From Octopus sinensis (taxonomy: Eukaryota), in contig NC_043004.1 of the NCBI RefSeq assembly GCF_006345805.1, positions 85,498,001 through 85,562,000 of the forward strand: a stretch of DNA of 64,000 nucleotides, written 5' to 3'. The translations under genes and the position numbers were made by a program. This document shows positions 51,706-64,000 of the stretch, one piece after another; position 1 is the first letter of the stretch, and every line of letters begins with the position of its first letter. The notes beneath the pieces were generated by a model that was given only the letters and a program-made list of their open reading frames with translations, did not search any database and was not told where the DNA came from.

Positions 51706-53294
51706 TATATATCTACAGCGAAAAGAATATATCGTAAATGAAGCAGTGAACTTGTTTGCAGTTAAATCTGCAATTATTAGCTACCCCAAGATCTGTTTCC
51801 AAGGTGGAATTCACAGGAAATATATAAATGTATGGCTATAATTATTTCCATCTTTAAAGAAATGTCTCACTTCAAAAAATGCTTAACTTCACAAACCATA
51901 TCATGCCGAGGATTCTAAAATAGAATAAATTAATATTATGCAAGATTAGCGCAAAGTAAAGCATTTTATAAACTTGGTAAGAACTAGACAAATAAAAATG
52001 TCTCATGTGTAGTTTCAGTATCTTCTTCCTTATAGTTCCTCAGGTTCAAATTCAAATTCCTTACCGGGCAAGTGTTAGAAAGAAATTATTTTCTTCCCAT
52101 ACCGTAAATAATTACCACTAGTCCGAGAACGACATGTATATTAATATGTATGTAAATACGCATGTGAACCTCATAGTTATATGCGCATAGACATACGTAT
52201 ATTTTCATATATTTGCGTGAGTGCGTGCATTTATGCAGCGGAATTCTACAGTTTAAGTTCACTAGACTTTACGTGCATCGTGTTTGTCGGGTCAAAGATG
52301 TAGCAGACGATATCTCTTTAATTCCACAACATTAGAGAAACTTCGAGAGAATAATTCTGTTGCGAAATTAAATTCCTAGCAACTAACGAATGCCTGCTGG
52401 AAATTTTGCGGTTTGTGCCTCTAACGTTTGTCTATTACTAGTATCACACATCCACATAAATACCAGTAATTGCTTGGTGACCACAAACTCCATAAATTAA
52501 TTCAACAAATTGCTACAATATTAAAATTAAAATTTATCCTACAATATCATTTACTAAGGTAACACAACTCGGCAAGCATATGCCTACATTCAATCAATAT
52601 GTTTGAAGAGAAGAATGTAAGGTAGAACCTTACTTAATCAGTTCCAATGAGTGAATGAGAAAGACATTAAAAACTTATTAGGTAATGGAGGAATTGTAAA
52701 GGAAATAGGTTACAGATTCACATTATATGAATGAGATTACCGTTATTAGAGTAACATAATCCGTAATAATGTTGTTTTAGATTGATATAGGCATCCCAGA
52801 TAACGGCTCGTGGAAGATTATGTTCTCTAGTAATGAAACGTAGGAATATTTTATCATCGAAATTGTGCTGAATGTCATTACGTTGCCATTAGTTAGGCAT
52901 TAGTTGCTGTGTAGGAAGTTTTAGCTTTCAAGTGAGTAATTAAGTAAGGTTCCACACCTCCTACAGCATTTCAACCTTCTATTGAAATAAACTTCCGATT
53001 TAGGCTTGAGCTTAGAATACAAATTGACGTCAATCGCTTAAGCAGGATGAGCGACAATCATCTCTGAACACAGGACTCTAAATTAAAAGAGATGATGCTA
53101 ATACATTTCATCAAACAAACAAATGCTTATATATAAATACATAATCACATGGATAGATTTACATACGTGCACATTTAAATATATATCTATTATATCCATT
53201 AATCTGTAAGCACATGAACAGATCTACCTGTGATTATCATAAGTAGATTTACATTCATAGATTCATGAATTCACACATGTATGTCATACGTATA

Positions 53295-53515
53295 TACACA
53301 GGGGTGCTGAAAATTTCATGATTATACAAATATCGCGGAAGGCCTGGCTGGAGGCCCGACTTTCTGAGTTCTTTTACAGGACTTAGAAAAACTGAGGAAC
53401 TGTTGCGATATGTGCGTGAATCTGAGACGAGAATCTGTCGAATAAAATTATAACTAACTGATCCTGCCGTGTTTCCTTTTACTCAAAGCCAAGACCTTTT
53501 CAGCGTTCCCTGTTA
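53295..53515 (+). mobile_element. Mariner-derived MITE
   Basis: GGGGTGCTGAAAA ... CTTTTCAGCGTTCCC; the interior resembles a mariner transposase C-terminal coding end. Confidence 0.7.
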
Positions 53516-53602
53516 TAAACATGTACAGGCATACATATCCACACACACACACACACTCACACACACACTCAAACACATACACACACACACACACATATAT
53601 AT

Positions 53603-54005
53603 ATAGTTCAAATTTACAGAATAGCAAACGACGAAGACAGGTGTATAAACAACATGGAAGTGTATTAGATTAACGCTCGGGAGGGTGAGAAAGTCTTTTA
53701 TGTTTCGAGCCTACACTCTTCAACAGAAAGGAGCACGCGGAAATAAAGGGAGAGAGAATATTTTTAAAATACTTGTGGAGTTAGCGGTCAATCGAAAATC
53801 GACATATTCGCCATGATATATCACTAACCACTACACATTATTTTTTTTCTTGTTTATTTCTGTATTTCTTTCTGTGGAAGAGCGTAGGCTCGAAACGTTA
53901 AAGACTTTTTCACTTCTCGAGCGTTATACTAATACATCTGTTTGTTGTCTACACCACCTCTCTTCGATTTTGGTTTTTTTTTTTGTGAATTCTCCCCCTA
54001 TATAG
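53603..54005 (+). mobile_element. PLE-type terminal repeat pair in inverted arrangement, each with an HHR variant
   Basis: 53603-53750 is the reverse complement homolog of 53850-54005. Confidence 0.8.
53867..53904 (+). ncRNA. Hammerhead-like motif with variant core CUGUGGA
   Basis: TCTTT-CTGTGGA-A-GAGC(GTAG)GCTC-GAAAC-GTT-AAAGA: perfect 5 bp stem I, 4 bp stem II, ACGT stem III. Confidence 0.65.
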
Positions 54006-54521
54006 ATAGTTGCTATTATGTTAAACTCTCGTATGTCCAAATCTGGCCAAATGTGTTTCTTTCAATATTTATTTTTGCTTGCAATAGACGGTTCATTTGG
54101 TCAAATTATCGTATCTCCAACTGCTTCAGATGCCAAGATATTAAAAGTTGTCAAAGTGAAGTACAATGATTTTGCTATGGGATGGAGAAACTATTTTTTT
54201 CATTTTCTGTAAAAGCAACGCTTTAGACTGAGAACACTTTTGCATAATAACAACGATATTTGTGTTTATGTGTGTGTGTGAGAGAGAGAGAAAGGGGGAG
54301 GGAGAGCGTTTGTGTCTACATAGCTGTCAATCATAATATGTGCCCATGGAAGCGTAGAGATATTTGTACTTTGCAAGAAAGAAAACAAGTTGACTTTTAC
54401 TGTCTAATTTTGAGCTTCAGCTAACTGACATTGGGTTTTTAAAGTGCAGATAAGAAAAGTTTTAAACACAAAACGATATGTGTGAGTGTCTGTGTGATGG
54501 CGTGTGTCTGAGTGTGTGTGT

Positions 54522-54561
<40 letters not shown>

Positions 54562-54720
54562 GTGCGGTGACATGTAGTAATGCTGGGTTTAAAGAAAGAA
54601 TAATGGATAAAACTATGAGCGACGAAAAAGAAGGAAGCGGCGAGAGGAACGGGGTCGGAAGATGAAATAAAATGCAAAATAATCGGAAAATGATAATAAT
54701 GATGATGATGACTACGTTGT

Positions 54721-54751
<31 letters not shown>

Positions 54752-54904
54752 ATATGGGGCTTAGGGTTGAGATTAGTACTTGGGTGTTGCGTATCGTGGA
54801 AAGTCTTTGTGAGACATTTGAGAACAGGATTGTTGTCGTCGCTTTCAGAATTAACTGGAGCTAGTGAGATCGAGAACTCTGAGAAGCAGAATTTAAATAA
54901 TCAG

Positions 54905-55345
54905 AAGTGGATGGAGGGAGGGGAAGAGGTGAAGGAGTGGAAGGAGGAGGGAAGGGGTGGAGATGGGAGGAGGTGGGGGAGAAGAGGAAGGGGAGAAAAG
55001 GAAGGGGGGAGGATGAGGTGGGAGGTGGAAGGAAGGTGGAAGGAGGACGAGGAAAGAGGAGGATGAAGGGGAGGATTGCAGAGGGAGGAAGAGGGAGGAG
55101 AAGAAGAAGAAGAAGAAGAAGCAAAGAAGGAGGAGAAAGAGAAGGAAGCAAGTGGAGGAGAGGAAGGAGCAGTTGGAGGGAGTAGGTCGAGGAAGCTAGT
55201 GGAAGAGAGAAAGGAGCAGGTAGAGGAAGCAGGAGGAAGCAGGAATGAGCAGGAGGAGTGGAGGAAGCAAGTGGAGGGGGGGGTGAAAAAAGAGGAGGAT
55301 AAAGTAAGAGAAGGAGCATGAACAAGAGGGGAGTGGAGGAGGAGC
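54905..55345. repeat. Purine-rich (GGA/GAA) low-complexity tract
   Basis: Directly visible. Confidence 0.9.
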
Positions 55346-55915
55346 AGAACGATAGATATACGTTCAAAGTTTGCCACTAAGTCAGCTATTTCAGGGGATT
55401 TGCTATCATGGCAGAAACTTGAAGAGAAATATATAGTAACTAAGATGAAAGGGAGGGAAAAAGATGGGTGAACACGTGACAGGTGAGGAGAAAGGGAAAG
55501 ACAAGGGAGAAAATAAGAGTACCTCCGTGTTTAGTTAAATGATATTTTAAAAGTTAGAACTGAAAACTTGAAACGAAAACGAATAGATATAAAAAAAAAA
55601 AAAGCAGTGGAGTGTCCGAGACGATTACAAGGCGTACATTCAATAACGAAATTAGATGAATATAGAATGAAAGGCAGGAAAAAGATAGACAAAATCATGA
55701 ATGTACGCACACAAAAAGAAAAAAGAAAAAAATACGATCGAAATAATACAGCGAAATTGAATTTCGAAATATACAAGATGATACTCTTTACTCTTGCAGT
55801 AATTTGTCAGCATCATAAAAACAAGTGTTTTACACTCAGTTTAGTATTCAGGTGCAATCTACCACCTCGTTTTGCAGATAAGAGCTTCCATGTATCTATA
55901 TAACTATCTCTTTCT

Positions 55916-55964
<49 letters not shown>

Positions 55965-55968
55965 TATA

Positions 55969-56017
<49 letters not shown>

Positions 56018-56215
56018 CATGAATGTTTGTGTGATATATATATATATATATAAATATATATACACACATATATACATACATACACACACACGATACACAC
56101 ACACACACGACATACACACACACGACACTCACACATATATAAATTAAATATATTTACATATGCTAGTGTTTATATTCATAGATATATTCAAATATAAAGG
56201 TGAGTGTATATATAC

Positions 56216-56252
<37 letters not shown>

Positions 56253-57093
56253 CGTGAATCTGTATGTATATATATATATATAAACATATACATACATACA
56301 CACATTTATATATATATATATATGTTCACACGCACAAAACGCATCAACATTCCTAGTTCTTCACAAACGTATTTGGTATATTTTACACAATTTATTTACT
56401 GCATTTGCTGACATCGATTTTATTGTATATATATATTTCTTTGTTTTCCATTTTATGACTGATACACACACACACACACAGCACACACCTCCCGACAATC
56501 TCTAACGTCTATGATTTCAAGCAGATTTCTTTCCTATTCGTCTTTATTTATTCCTTTATCTTTTCCTTCATTTTATATCTTCCTTTGTTTATGTCTGTTG
56601 CTTTGAATCCTTCATAACAGTTTGCTTATGTGTATTTGTCTATCACGTTATTTTTTCTCTTATTCTAATTCACTTCTTCGTAGTCTATGTTTTGTTTGCA
56701 ATGTAATCTCTCGGTTTTACTTTCATTCTTTTTTCTTTTTAAATTCGATTATTGATTCCATCGTATATTAAGTGTGAGCGCGTATATGTGCAGCTATACA
56801 TATACAAATACACATGTGCATATGTGTATACATATATTTGTGTGAGCGTGTGCATGTGTATATATGTATATATATATATACATGTAACAAGCAAACAAGC
56901 TAGGTATTCAATCTTTGTAGGAGATGAACTGTGGTGGCAAGTAATGTTTGTCGGCAATTCTTCAACATTGGTGTTTCTTTTGAACGGACGTTACTTCAAT
57001 TCTTTTAACCCTAAGTGGACATTTCCTCTAGCTGGATTTGATATATAACGAGCAGGGGAGCGAACTCCCACCGCCTTCTAGCGAGGTGATCAT

Positions 57094-57138
57094 CAGTCTA
57101 GGCTGGTTTCGGTCTATATCTTTCCTTCCTCAGAGCTG
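57094..57138 (-). ncRNA. Degenerate hammerhead-like motif
   Basis: CAGCT-CTGAGGA-A-GG(11 nt)CC-GAAAC-CAGC. Confidence 0.4.
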
Positions 57139-57151
57139 TACACCACATCTG

Positions 57152-57193
<42 letters not shown>

Positions 57194-57508
57194 TATATAT
57201 AATATATATATATATATATTATATATATAGTAATATTCTATAATTATAAGCATAATTATGATCAGGGGTCAGCTAATTGCGTCGCCACGCACCGAATTTA
57301 GAAATAGGAGTTAAATGCCTCTTCTACTACCATAAAGATCCCCCAGACAGTTTCACACTTTTCTACGTAGGCAAAAAGAAAAAAATAACGAAACCGCACC
57401 ACTAAGAATAGGTACATGCGCGTTTCGAGATTAATGTGAAGTTATATTTACTTACTTATTTCACATCTTCAGTATTCCGAAATATAAATTTGTTATATAT
57501 ATATATAT

Positions 57509-57547
<39 letters not shown>

Positions 57548-59135
57548 GTGTGTGTGTTGTGTGGGGGTGTTGCGCGTATGTGTGTACGTGTGTTTCTGTA
57601 CAACAATATATTTTGCCTGTACATTTAGATGCATGACCGACACATGAGTTTCACGTGGAATATCATCACTCAGTGTAATTGTAGTATAGAGATTTATTTA
57701 CTACGGTCAACTGTAGTATTCCGAGTGATGATGTACGTGGTGTTCGCAATAAATTTGACCGTTCACATACAGAGAAAGGAAAAGGTAATATCCTTTCCAA
57801 ATAGGAAAGTTATATTAAAAAATAAAAGCCAACAGTTAAATCATACCTGGCAGAGAGCAGTTTATTGAAAGCATCTACCCTTAACTACCATGAATTCCCA
57901 AATACGATCCTGAGCATGCGGCATACGTTCCTCACAGTGTCTTTCTGTAGACCTTTGAATTCATTCTTGGTCCGAGCCACCACGATCCGAACCACCGTTT
58001 GGCTTCTTTCTCAATCGTACCCGCCACATAATAACCCCATGGGACTGCAATCGGATGGATTAGGTAGATCATACTGTTTCACTTTCTGTATCGTCTGGAT
58101 ATCAACTCACCGACATAGGAATATTCGTGTTTAAGATCAAGCCCAGTGTCGGGCTCTTATTTCTGTTCAAGAAATCGTATTCAATTAACTGAGGTGTTAA
58201 TTTAATCAGTATAACGATCGGAGAATTTTTTAATCATTTCATTTAAACTACTGATGTGCGAAACTTCACTAACCACTTAATTATTTCTTCTAAACAATTA
58301 GTCAGTGCGGTAACGCCGAAATAAACTTAATTAAAATTAATTAACAATACCACGCAATGGAGAGGAGGTCTTCCAGACTTAAATCCATTCAAAATTAGAG
58401 TTTTAATGCAAATAACCACAGTAAGTGACAACATCTCCAGATCAAGAATTCTGAGTAACAGCACCTACTTTGCATATTAACATTAGAAACCTTTGTATAT
58501 TCTGCAGGTGACATGTCAACAGGTAATTACAATGGTAATTGCAACAGGTAATTGAAATATAACTCGAGTCATTTTACTGAGGACACTCAAAAAACCTAAA
58601 TGATTGCACAATACTACTCGGCATCCCATACAATTTAATTCGACCTTTTTATTATCAACGTACGAAACCTATGCAAGCTTGCATTTAAATTCTGTGTATC
58701 TTAAATAATATTTGTCCCTCGCTGGATGGAGAACGTTTTGGTTGATTTTATCAATAACACAACGGTACACTATGCCAGTATTTATGTGTGCATTTGAGTG
58801 TCTTTGTGTCTGTATGTTTGAGTGTGTGTGTGTGTCTTTGTGTTTATTCGTCCACCACAGCCACTGACATTGGTTTGCTTACGTCTCCATAATTTAGCAA
58901 TTCGGCAGAAAAGGCTGTCAGGATAAGTATAGGGTCATTATGTTCCACTAATCCCTTCAAAATTGTGGCCCAGAGTGCTGCAATCCAGTGGCGGAAATAA
59001 ATATAATATAAACAACATACGTTTCTTTTATTTAAGGAGAAAAATATATTCAACACTGCAGAATGATTGTGTATCACATCTTTCAATTTGTTTCATAATT
59101 TTATTCTTCAAAGCAGTTCTAACTTATTTAATATA

Positions 59136-60233
59136 TTGGGTCATCCCACAAATGATGCGGGTATTTTTCAATTGCATGAACTAAAAGTCGGAGGGGACCA
59201 GATAAACTGCCTGGATCAAATTGCCATAAAAACAGGTAGTAATTTTACCTTGTACTTATTCTTAGTGCAAATTTTAAAGAATGCAGTCCTATTTTAACAA
59301 TTATTGATTTCAAAGCTAGAATGGAAGTGACAAAGGAGCGTATTCGACATATTTTGCATTATGAGTTCAATAAAGGCAACAACGCAACGGAAAGTGCGAG
59401 GAATATTGAAGCAGTGTATGGGGATCGGACAATAAGCGTAAGCCAGTGTCAACGGCGGTTCAAGAAATTCCGAACCGAAAACTGCAACCCAGAAGATGAT
59501 TCTTGTCCTGGAAGATCAACGAGGACGTCCTGAAGATCCTGGTCGAGCAAAATCCAATCGTAATTGCTGAGGAACTAGCAAAGAAACGTGTATTTGGTCA
59601 TTCACCCATTCATCGACACCTGTTGCCATCGGAAAATGCAGCTAATTGGGTCAATGGGTTCCTCACAAACTTTCCGAGTTCGATCATGCGCAGTGTGAAT
59701 GTGGGCTCGTTTTTGCCGGTGAGGCGAAATAGGTTCTCTATAAAATGTTCAAGCATGTAAAACAATGGGTAGGGAAAGGAGAAACATCAGAACCCCACAC
59801 TAAAGAAGGTCTTCACCTACGTAAGGTATTGTTGTCTATTTGGTGGGATATGAAATGTTTAGTACACTTTGAACTTTTAAACCTAAACTAAACGATAACA
59901 AAGGAGATCTACTGCGAACAGCTTGAGCGGCTTAAGTCAGCACTAGATGAAACATTACTATCTTTGGTTTCAAGACAAAAGGTACACTTCCAATCAGAAT
60001 AATGTTCAGCCACATACAGCAAGAATTACATTCCAAAGGCTGGGGCAGTTTGTATGGAAAACGATATCCCACCCATCATATTTGCCAGACATTGCCCCAT
60101 CTGATTATCATTTGTTCCGCAGATTTCAAAATCAGTTGGATGGAAGTAATATGAATTCTGTAGACGAGGTCAGAACAGCTCTGGAAGTGTATTTTTCGTC
60201 ACAGTCAAGTGAATTTTGAAAGAGGGGACCCAA
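59136..60233 (+). mobile_element. Decayed mariner transposon with both TIR ends and TA TSD
   Basis: TA|TTGGGTCATCCC ... GGGGACCCAA|TA; frames give MEVTKERIRHILHYEFNKG, WVPH, VLLSIWWD and HPSYLPDIAPSDYHLF, with stops, frameshifts and deletions. Confidence 0.92.
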
Positions 60234-60249
60234 TACGTGGATCTGTGAA

Positions 60250-60400
60250 GGCGGTGAGACGGTAGAATCGCTAGCACACTGGGAAGAATGCTTAGAAGCA
60301 TCTCATCTATCCAAGCGCTCTGAAATCAAGTTTCTCTTAAGTCAACTTTTCCTTTCATCCTCTCGGGGTTTATAAATTAAATACCCACGGTCAGAGGAAT
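60250..60400 (+). mobile_element. SINE family A, diverged
   Basis: GGCGGTGAG..GTAGAATCGCTAGCAC..GCTTAG..CCTTTCATCC..GGGG..ATAAATTAAATACC. Confidence 0.7.
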
Positions 60401-61209
60401 AGGTACGATTAACATGTATATAATGGCTGTTGAAACAGCCATATGGCAGAATCCTTAAGAAGCATACTTTGAAGCCAGATTGTTTCAGGTTCAACACCCA
60501 CTGCACGGCAACTTGAAAACATATTTTCCATAACTGAAGGTGGAGTAATTCTTTGAGGGAATTTGGTAGAGGGAAATGTGTGAAATCATAGACCTATGAA
60601 TTACCATACTTGTACCAGTTCCACTCACAAGTATTTGGTCAGCAAATACTTGTGAGTTAGAGCAAAAGACACTTGAACTGGGAATGATATGTATAGTTGA
60701 GAAGCAAGCATCGCACCACGCAGGCACGCTTGCACCTTAGAAATTCGTCGACCGATATTGTAACCATTATACAAGGTTTCCACGATAAGATAAGTTTGCA
60801 AACCAAAGTCAAAAGAGGTAATCGAACAATAAATTCACTGGACATTAGACAAGGAATCGATACGACTAACTAGTATATTATTTATATGTTAGAGATAGTA
60901 CTGGATTTGCTCTTTCTTCTCGTATAGGCTGTTTTACATTATCGTTTTAGAAGCAAGCAGCCATTATTTATTACATAAATAGTAAACTGGAAATGTTCTC
61001 AGAAGTGGAAAAGCGGAAGCGAAAGCCAAATTATGTATGTTATCCCCAGGTGTAATTCTTCACCGAAATCTGTCTCCTTAATATTGCTTCAGTTGCCGAA
61101 AAGCAAAACGTAATTATGTTTCTCTGTTCTGTTGCTCTGTCCGTTCTGTGCCATTTATTAACTAATAAACATGTTTGTATGAAATATACATGTATTATAC
61201 ATATAATAT

Positions 61210-61241
<32 letters not shown>

Positions 61242-61402
61242 AAATATATATATATTTATTAATATATATATATATATGAGTGTGTTGTGTGTGTGTGTGT
61301 AAATAATATATATTTACATGCATTCATATATGTCTATGTGCGTAATTGTCAGTGTGTGAGCATATATAATGTTGTTGTTTATGTATATAAATAAATGTTG
61401 CG

Positions 61403-61443
<41 letters not shown>

Positions 61444-61613
61444 TGTGTATATATATATAAGTAGTGTGTGCACACACACACATATATAAGTAAAGTGTAC
61501 ACATGCCATGTGTATATATTTATATATACATATAGGCGCACGTGTGTTAGAATACATATATATATGTATATATATATATATATATACATATATATATTGT
61601 AATATATATATAT

Positions 61614-61671
<58 letters not shown>

Positions 61672-62230
61672 GAGGGTGCGCATGTGTACCTGTATGTGTG
61701 CGTGTATGCATCTATGTATGTGTATGATACATACCCATAAGTATTGTTATCTGGGAGTGAAATAATTTTGTTTCCTATCTGCATTGCTTCGTTATATGCC
61801 ACAGAAAGTTGGTCATTAGTATCAATAGGTAGTCAAATCTAAAACATTATCTTCATTGTAATTACCTATGTTTAATGAGCATAGGACCTTAGGTCTACAT
61901 AATAGCATTACCAGCTTATTTGTACGGAAATAAGCATACATATATATATATATATAGCATAAATACCATATACCCGTTGTTGTCGCTGATAGAATAAATT
62001 GTCTAAGAGACGCTGAGCAAGTGAAGAGCTTCTTTCTTAGTTGAAATTACAGGTAGATTGTACGTACTTCAGTATATTAGTTACATACTTTGGAATATCA
62101 TATCACTTCGACTCAGTACTAGCTTCTACCTGTTAACTTTTATTTTTGTTTCAGCCATTTGTCAGTGGTCAGTCTGGAGTTCCGCATTGGATTGTCTAAA
62201 TTGAAACTAAATTGAAAGCAAAGGAAGGAA

Positions 62231-62264
<34 letters not shown>

Positions 62265-62402
62265 AGAAAGAAAGAAATGAATAAAAAGAAGCGCTAGACA
62301 ATAGTTTGTTCTCTCCTGCAGAAGCACTAATTTACCTAGAACCAATTAACAAACTAACATCGGTTGTGAAGTGGTGGTGCGATGGTAACTGAGACACACA
62401 TG

Positions 62403-62439
<37 letters not shown>

Positions 62440-62517
62440 TATATGTATGTATATATGTATATATATTATATATACATATACATATACATATACAATATAT
62501 ATATATATATATATAAT

Positions 62518-62549
<32 letters not shown>

Positions 62550-64000
62550 ATAGATAGGCATACATATTCCATGCATGCATATATATACACCTCCATATAC
62601 CATGTAAATATACATGTGTGTGTGTGTGTGTGTTTGTATAAATGTATACATTCAATGGGCTTCCAGTTTCTGACTGCCAAACATCGGTCAGCATTGTAAT
62701 AATAATGGTTTACAGTTTTGACACAAATGCTGCAGTTTGGAGGAAAAAGTTTTAGTTGATTTCATCGGATAAAAGGGTAAGCTGACTTCGATTTGAAATA
62801 AGAACGCAAAGATTCAGAACAAGTAACGCAAAGTATTTTAATGACGCTCTAATGTTTCTACCAATCCAGCGTCGATTTTCTTTGATTATTCTTCAAGTCT
62901 AGAGGGGAAAAGATGATGGAGGGAATCTGAGGCAGTCATGGTTTTCTAAAATTATTAATGACGTGAATTACCACTTATATAAAGAATCCATAACGAGTTA
63001 AATTCAGTTTAAATTTTCAAAACATTTCCATCTTGTGGTATACTATGAAATACTTATAATTATATCTGAGAATATTCAATCGAAACCCTCAACAATAATT
63101 GATTTGTAACTTTATGATTTGAACACACGCACTTGTTAAAGAAGGGAAATATATTCGATTAAACCGTCTGCAGCTAATGACCAGCAGTTTCATGAGGTCA
63201 AGTTAAATGTAGACTTGTTTATTGTTATTCCTATAATACATAGAAGACATTACGTCGCATTAATTAACTGAGTTCTGTTACATCATTAATTGGTGAAAGA
63301 TTAACAACATTACAGCATGGAATAAATTTACTTCGTCTGACATAGTAACTTTATCCTATAAGAGGATTTATATTTTATAAATTTTATTTCTCTGAACATA
63401 ACATATGGAAGATTATTCCAATAACCATCATCTAAGGAACAACAAGCTAATTATCAAAATCAGTAAATTATCCTTGTATTTAGAACAGAATAATACTATC
63501 AATGGCATATTGGTGGAAATAATGTTCTTGCATTAGTTTAACGGAATGGAAAATAAAGATAAAACTCTCTACATTAATTGTTGATTACAAGACAAATGCT
63601 AAATAATAACCAAAAGTTCGTAAGTAAATTAGTCTACTAAAGATAAGCTCTTTGCTCTATGAAGAATGACCTTTGACATAACTCGTAAATATAACGAGCA
63701 TACAGAGGAACTTGTTTGCTGTTGTCTTTGCTTTTGTAGTTTAATCTCATATGAGCCAGATCGAGTAAAGCTGGAATCAAAGTGGTGCCAACCATGACCG
63801 TCTGGTTTTACACATACAGTGTGGTTAAACAATGCAGAGTTACTCAAATAAAGGAATACAAGTTACACCAATCCAAAGTTTACAATAGTTTGCACTAAGT
63901 CATGATTAATGGAATAAAAAAAAGAACATGACTGCATCTCCATAATGTACCCCCTTTCGCCGTGGTATTGACAATTTTAAACATTTTTACAAGCATCCTC

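Noticed and set aside
54767-55377. Overlapping E/G/R- and P/S/L-rich ORFs
   Set aside because: Products of a purine-rich low-complexity tract.
3700-62520. Single TT or AA phase flips in the middle of many (TA)n runs
   Set aside because: Most simply explained by read/consensus indel errors or slippage in self-complementary arrays; this cannot be resolved without reads.
3583-62694. Dozens of ORFs rich in YI, CV, TH, LS or poly-amino-acid runs
   Set aside because: They are translations of (TA)n, (TG)n, (GATA)n and trinucleotide arrays, not genes.
63660-63850. Possible small exon after TTTGCTTTTGTAG, and a TGACCTTTGACA DR1-like site
   Set aside because: Short motifs are expected by chance in AT-rich DNA, and there is no recognisable protein similarity.

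Overview
AT-rich, repeat-saturated eukaryotic genomic DNA. The SINE families and the density of (TA)n/(CA)n/(GATA)n arrays look like an Octopus/coleoid cephalopod genome; this is recognition from memory, not a database result. I found no convincing host protein-coding exon, and nearly all ORFs in the supplied track are microsatellite translations. The window contains decayed mobile elements: a Chapaev/CMC-like transposase remnant, two mariner copies plus mariner- and pogo-type MITEs, a complete non-autonomous Helitron, RTE and R4/Dong LINE ends, many tRNA-derived SINEs, and several Penelope-like (PLE) fragments with RT-thumb and GIY-YIG motifs. There is also a 100-N gap flanked by a ~2 kb duplication that is probably an assembly artefact, and a ~600 bp satellite. 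The most interesting signal is a recurring minimal type I hammerhead ribozyme (HHR) motif: CUGANGA + stem II + GAAA + palindromic stem III. About 15 intact-to-degenerate copies occur in several unrelated short repeat families. They often sit in an inverted-tail / ribozyme / tail layout, include a variant core (CUGU(U/G)GA), and in one case are joined to a tRNA T-arm/B-box-like segment. A pre-miRNA-like hairpin at 48314-48369 is a second candidate.
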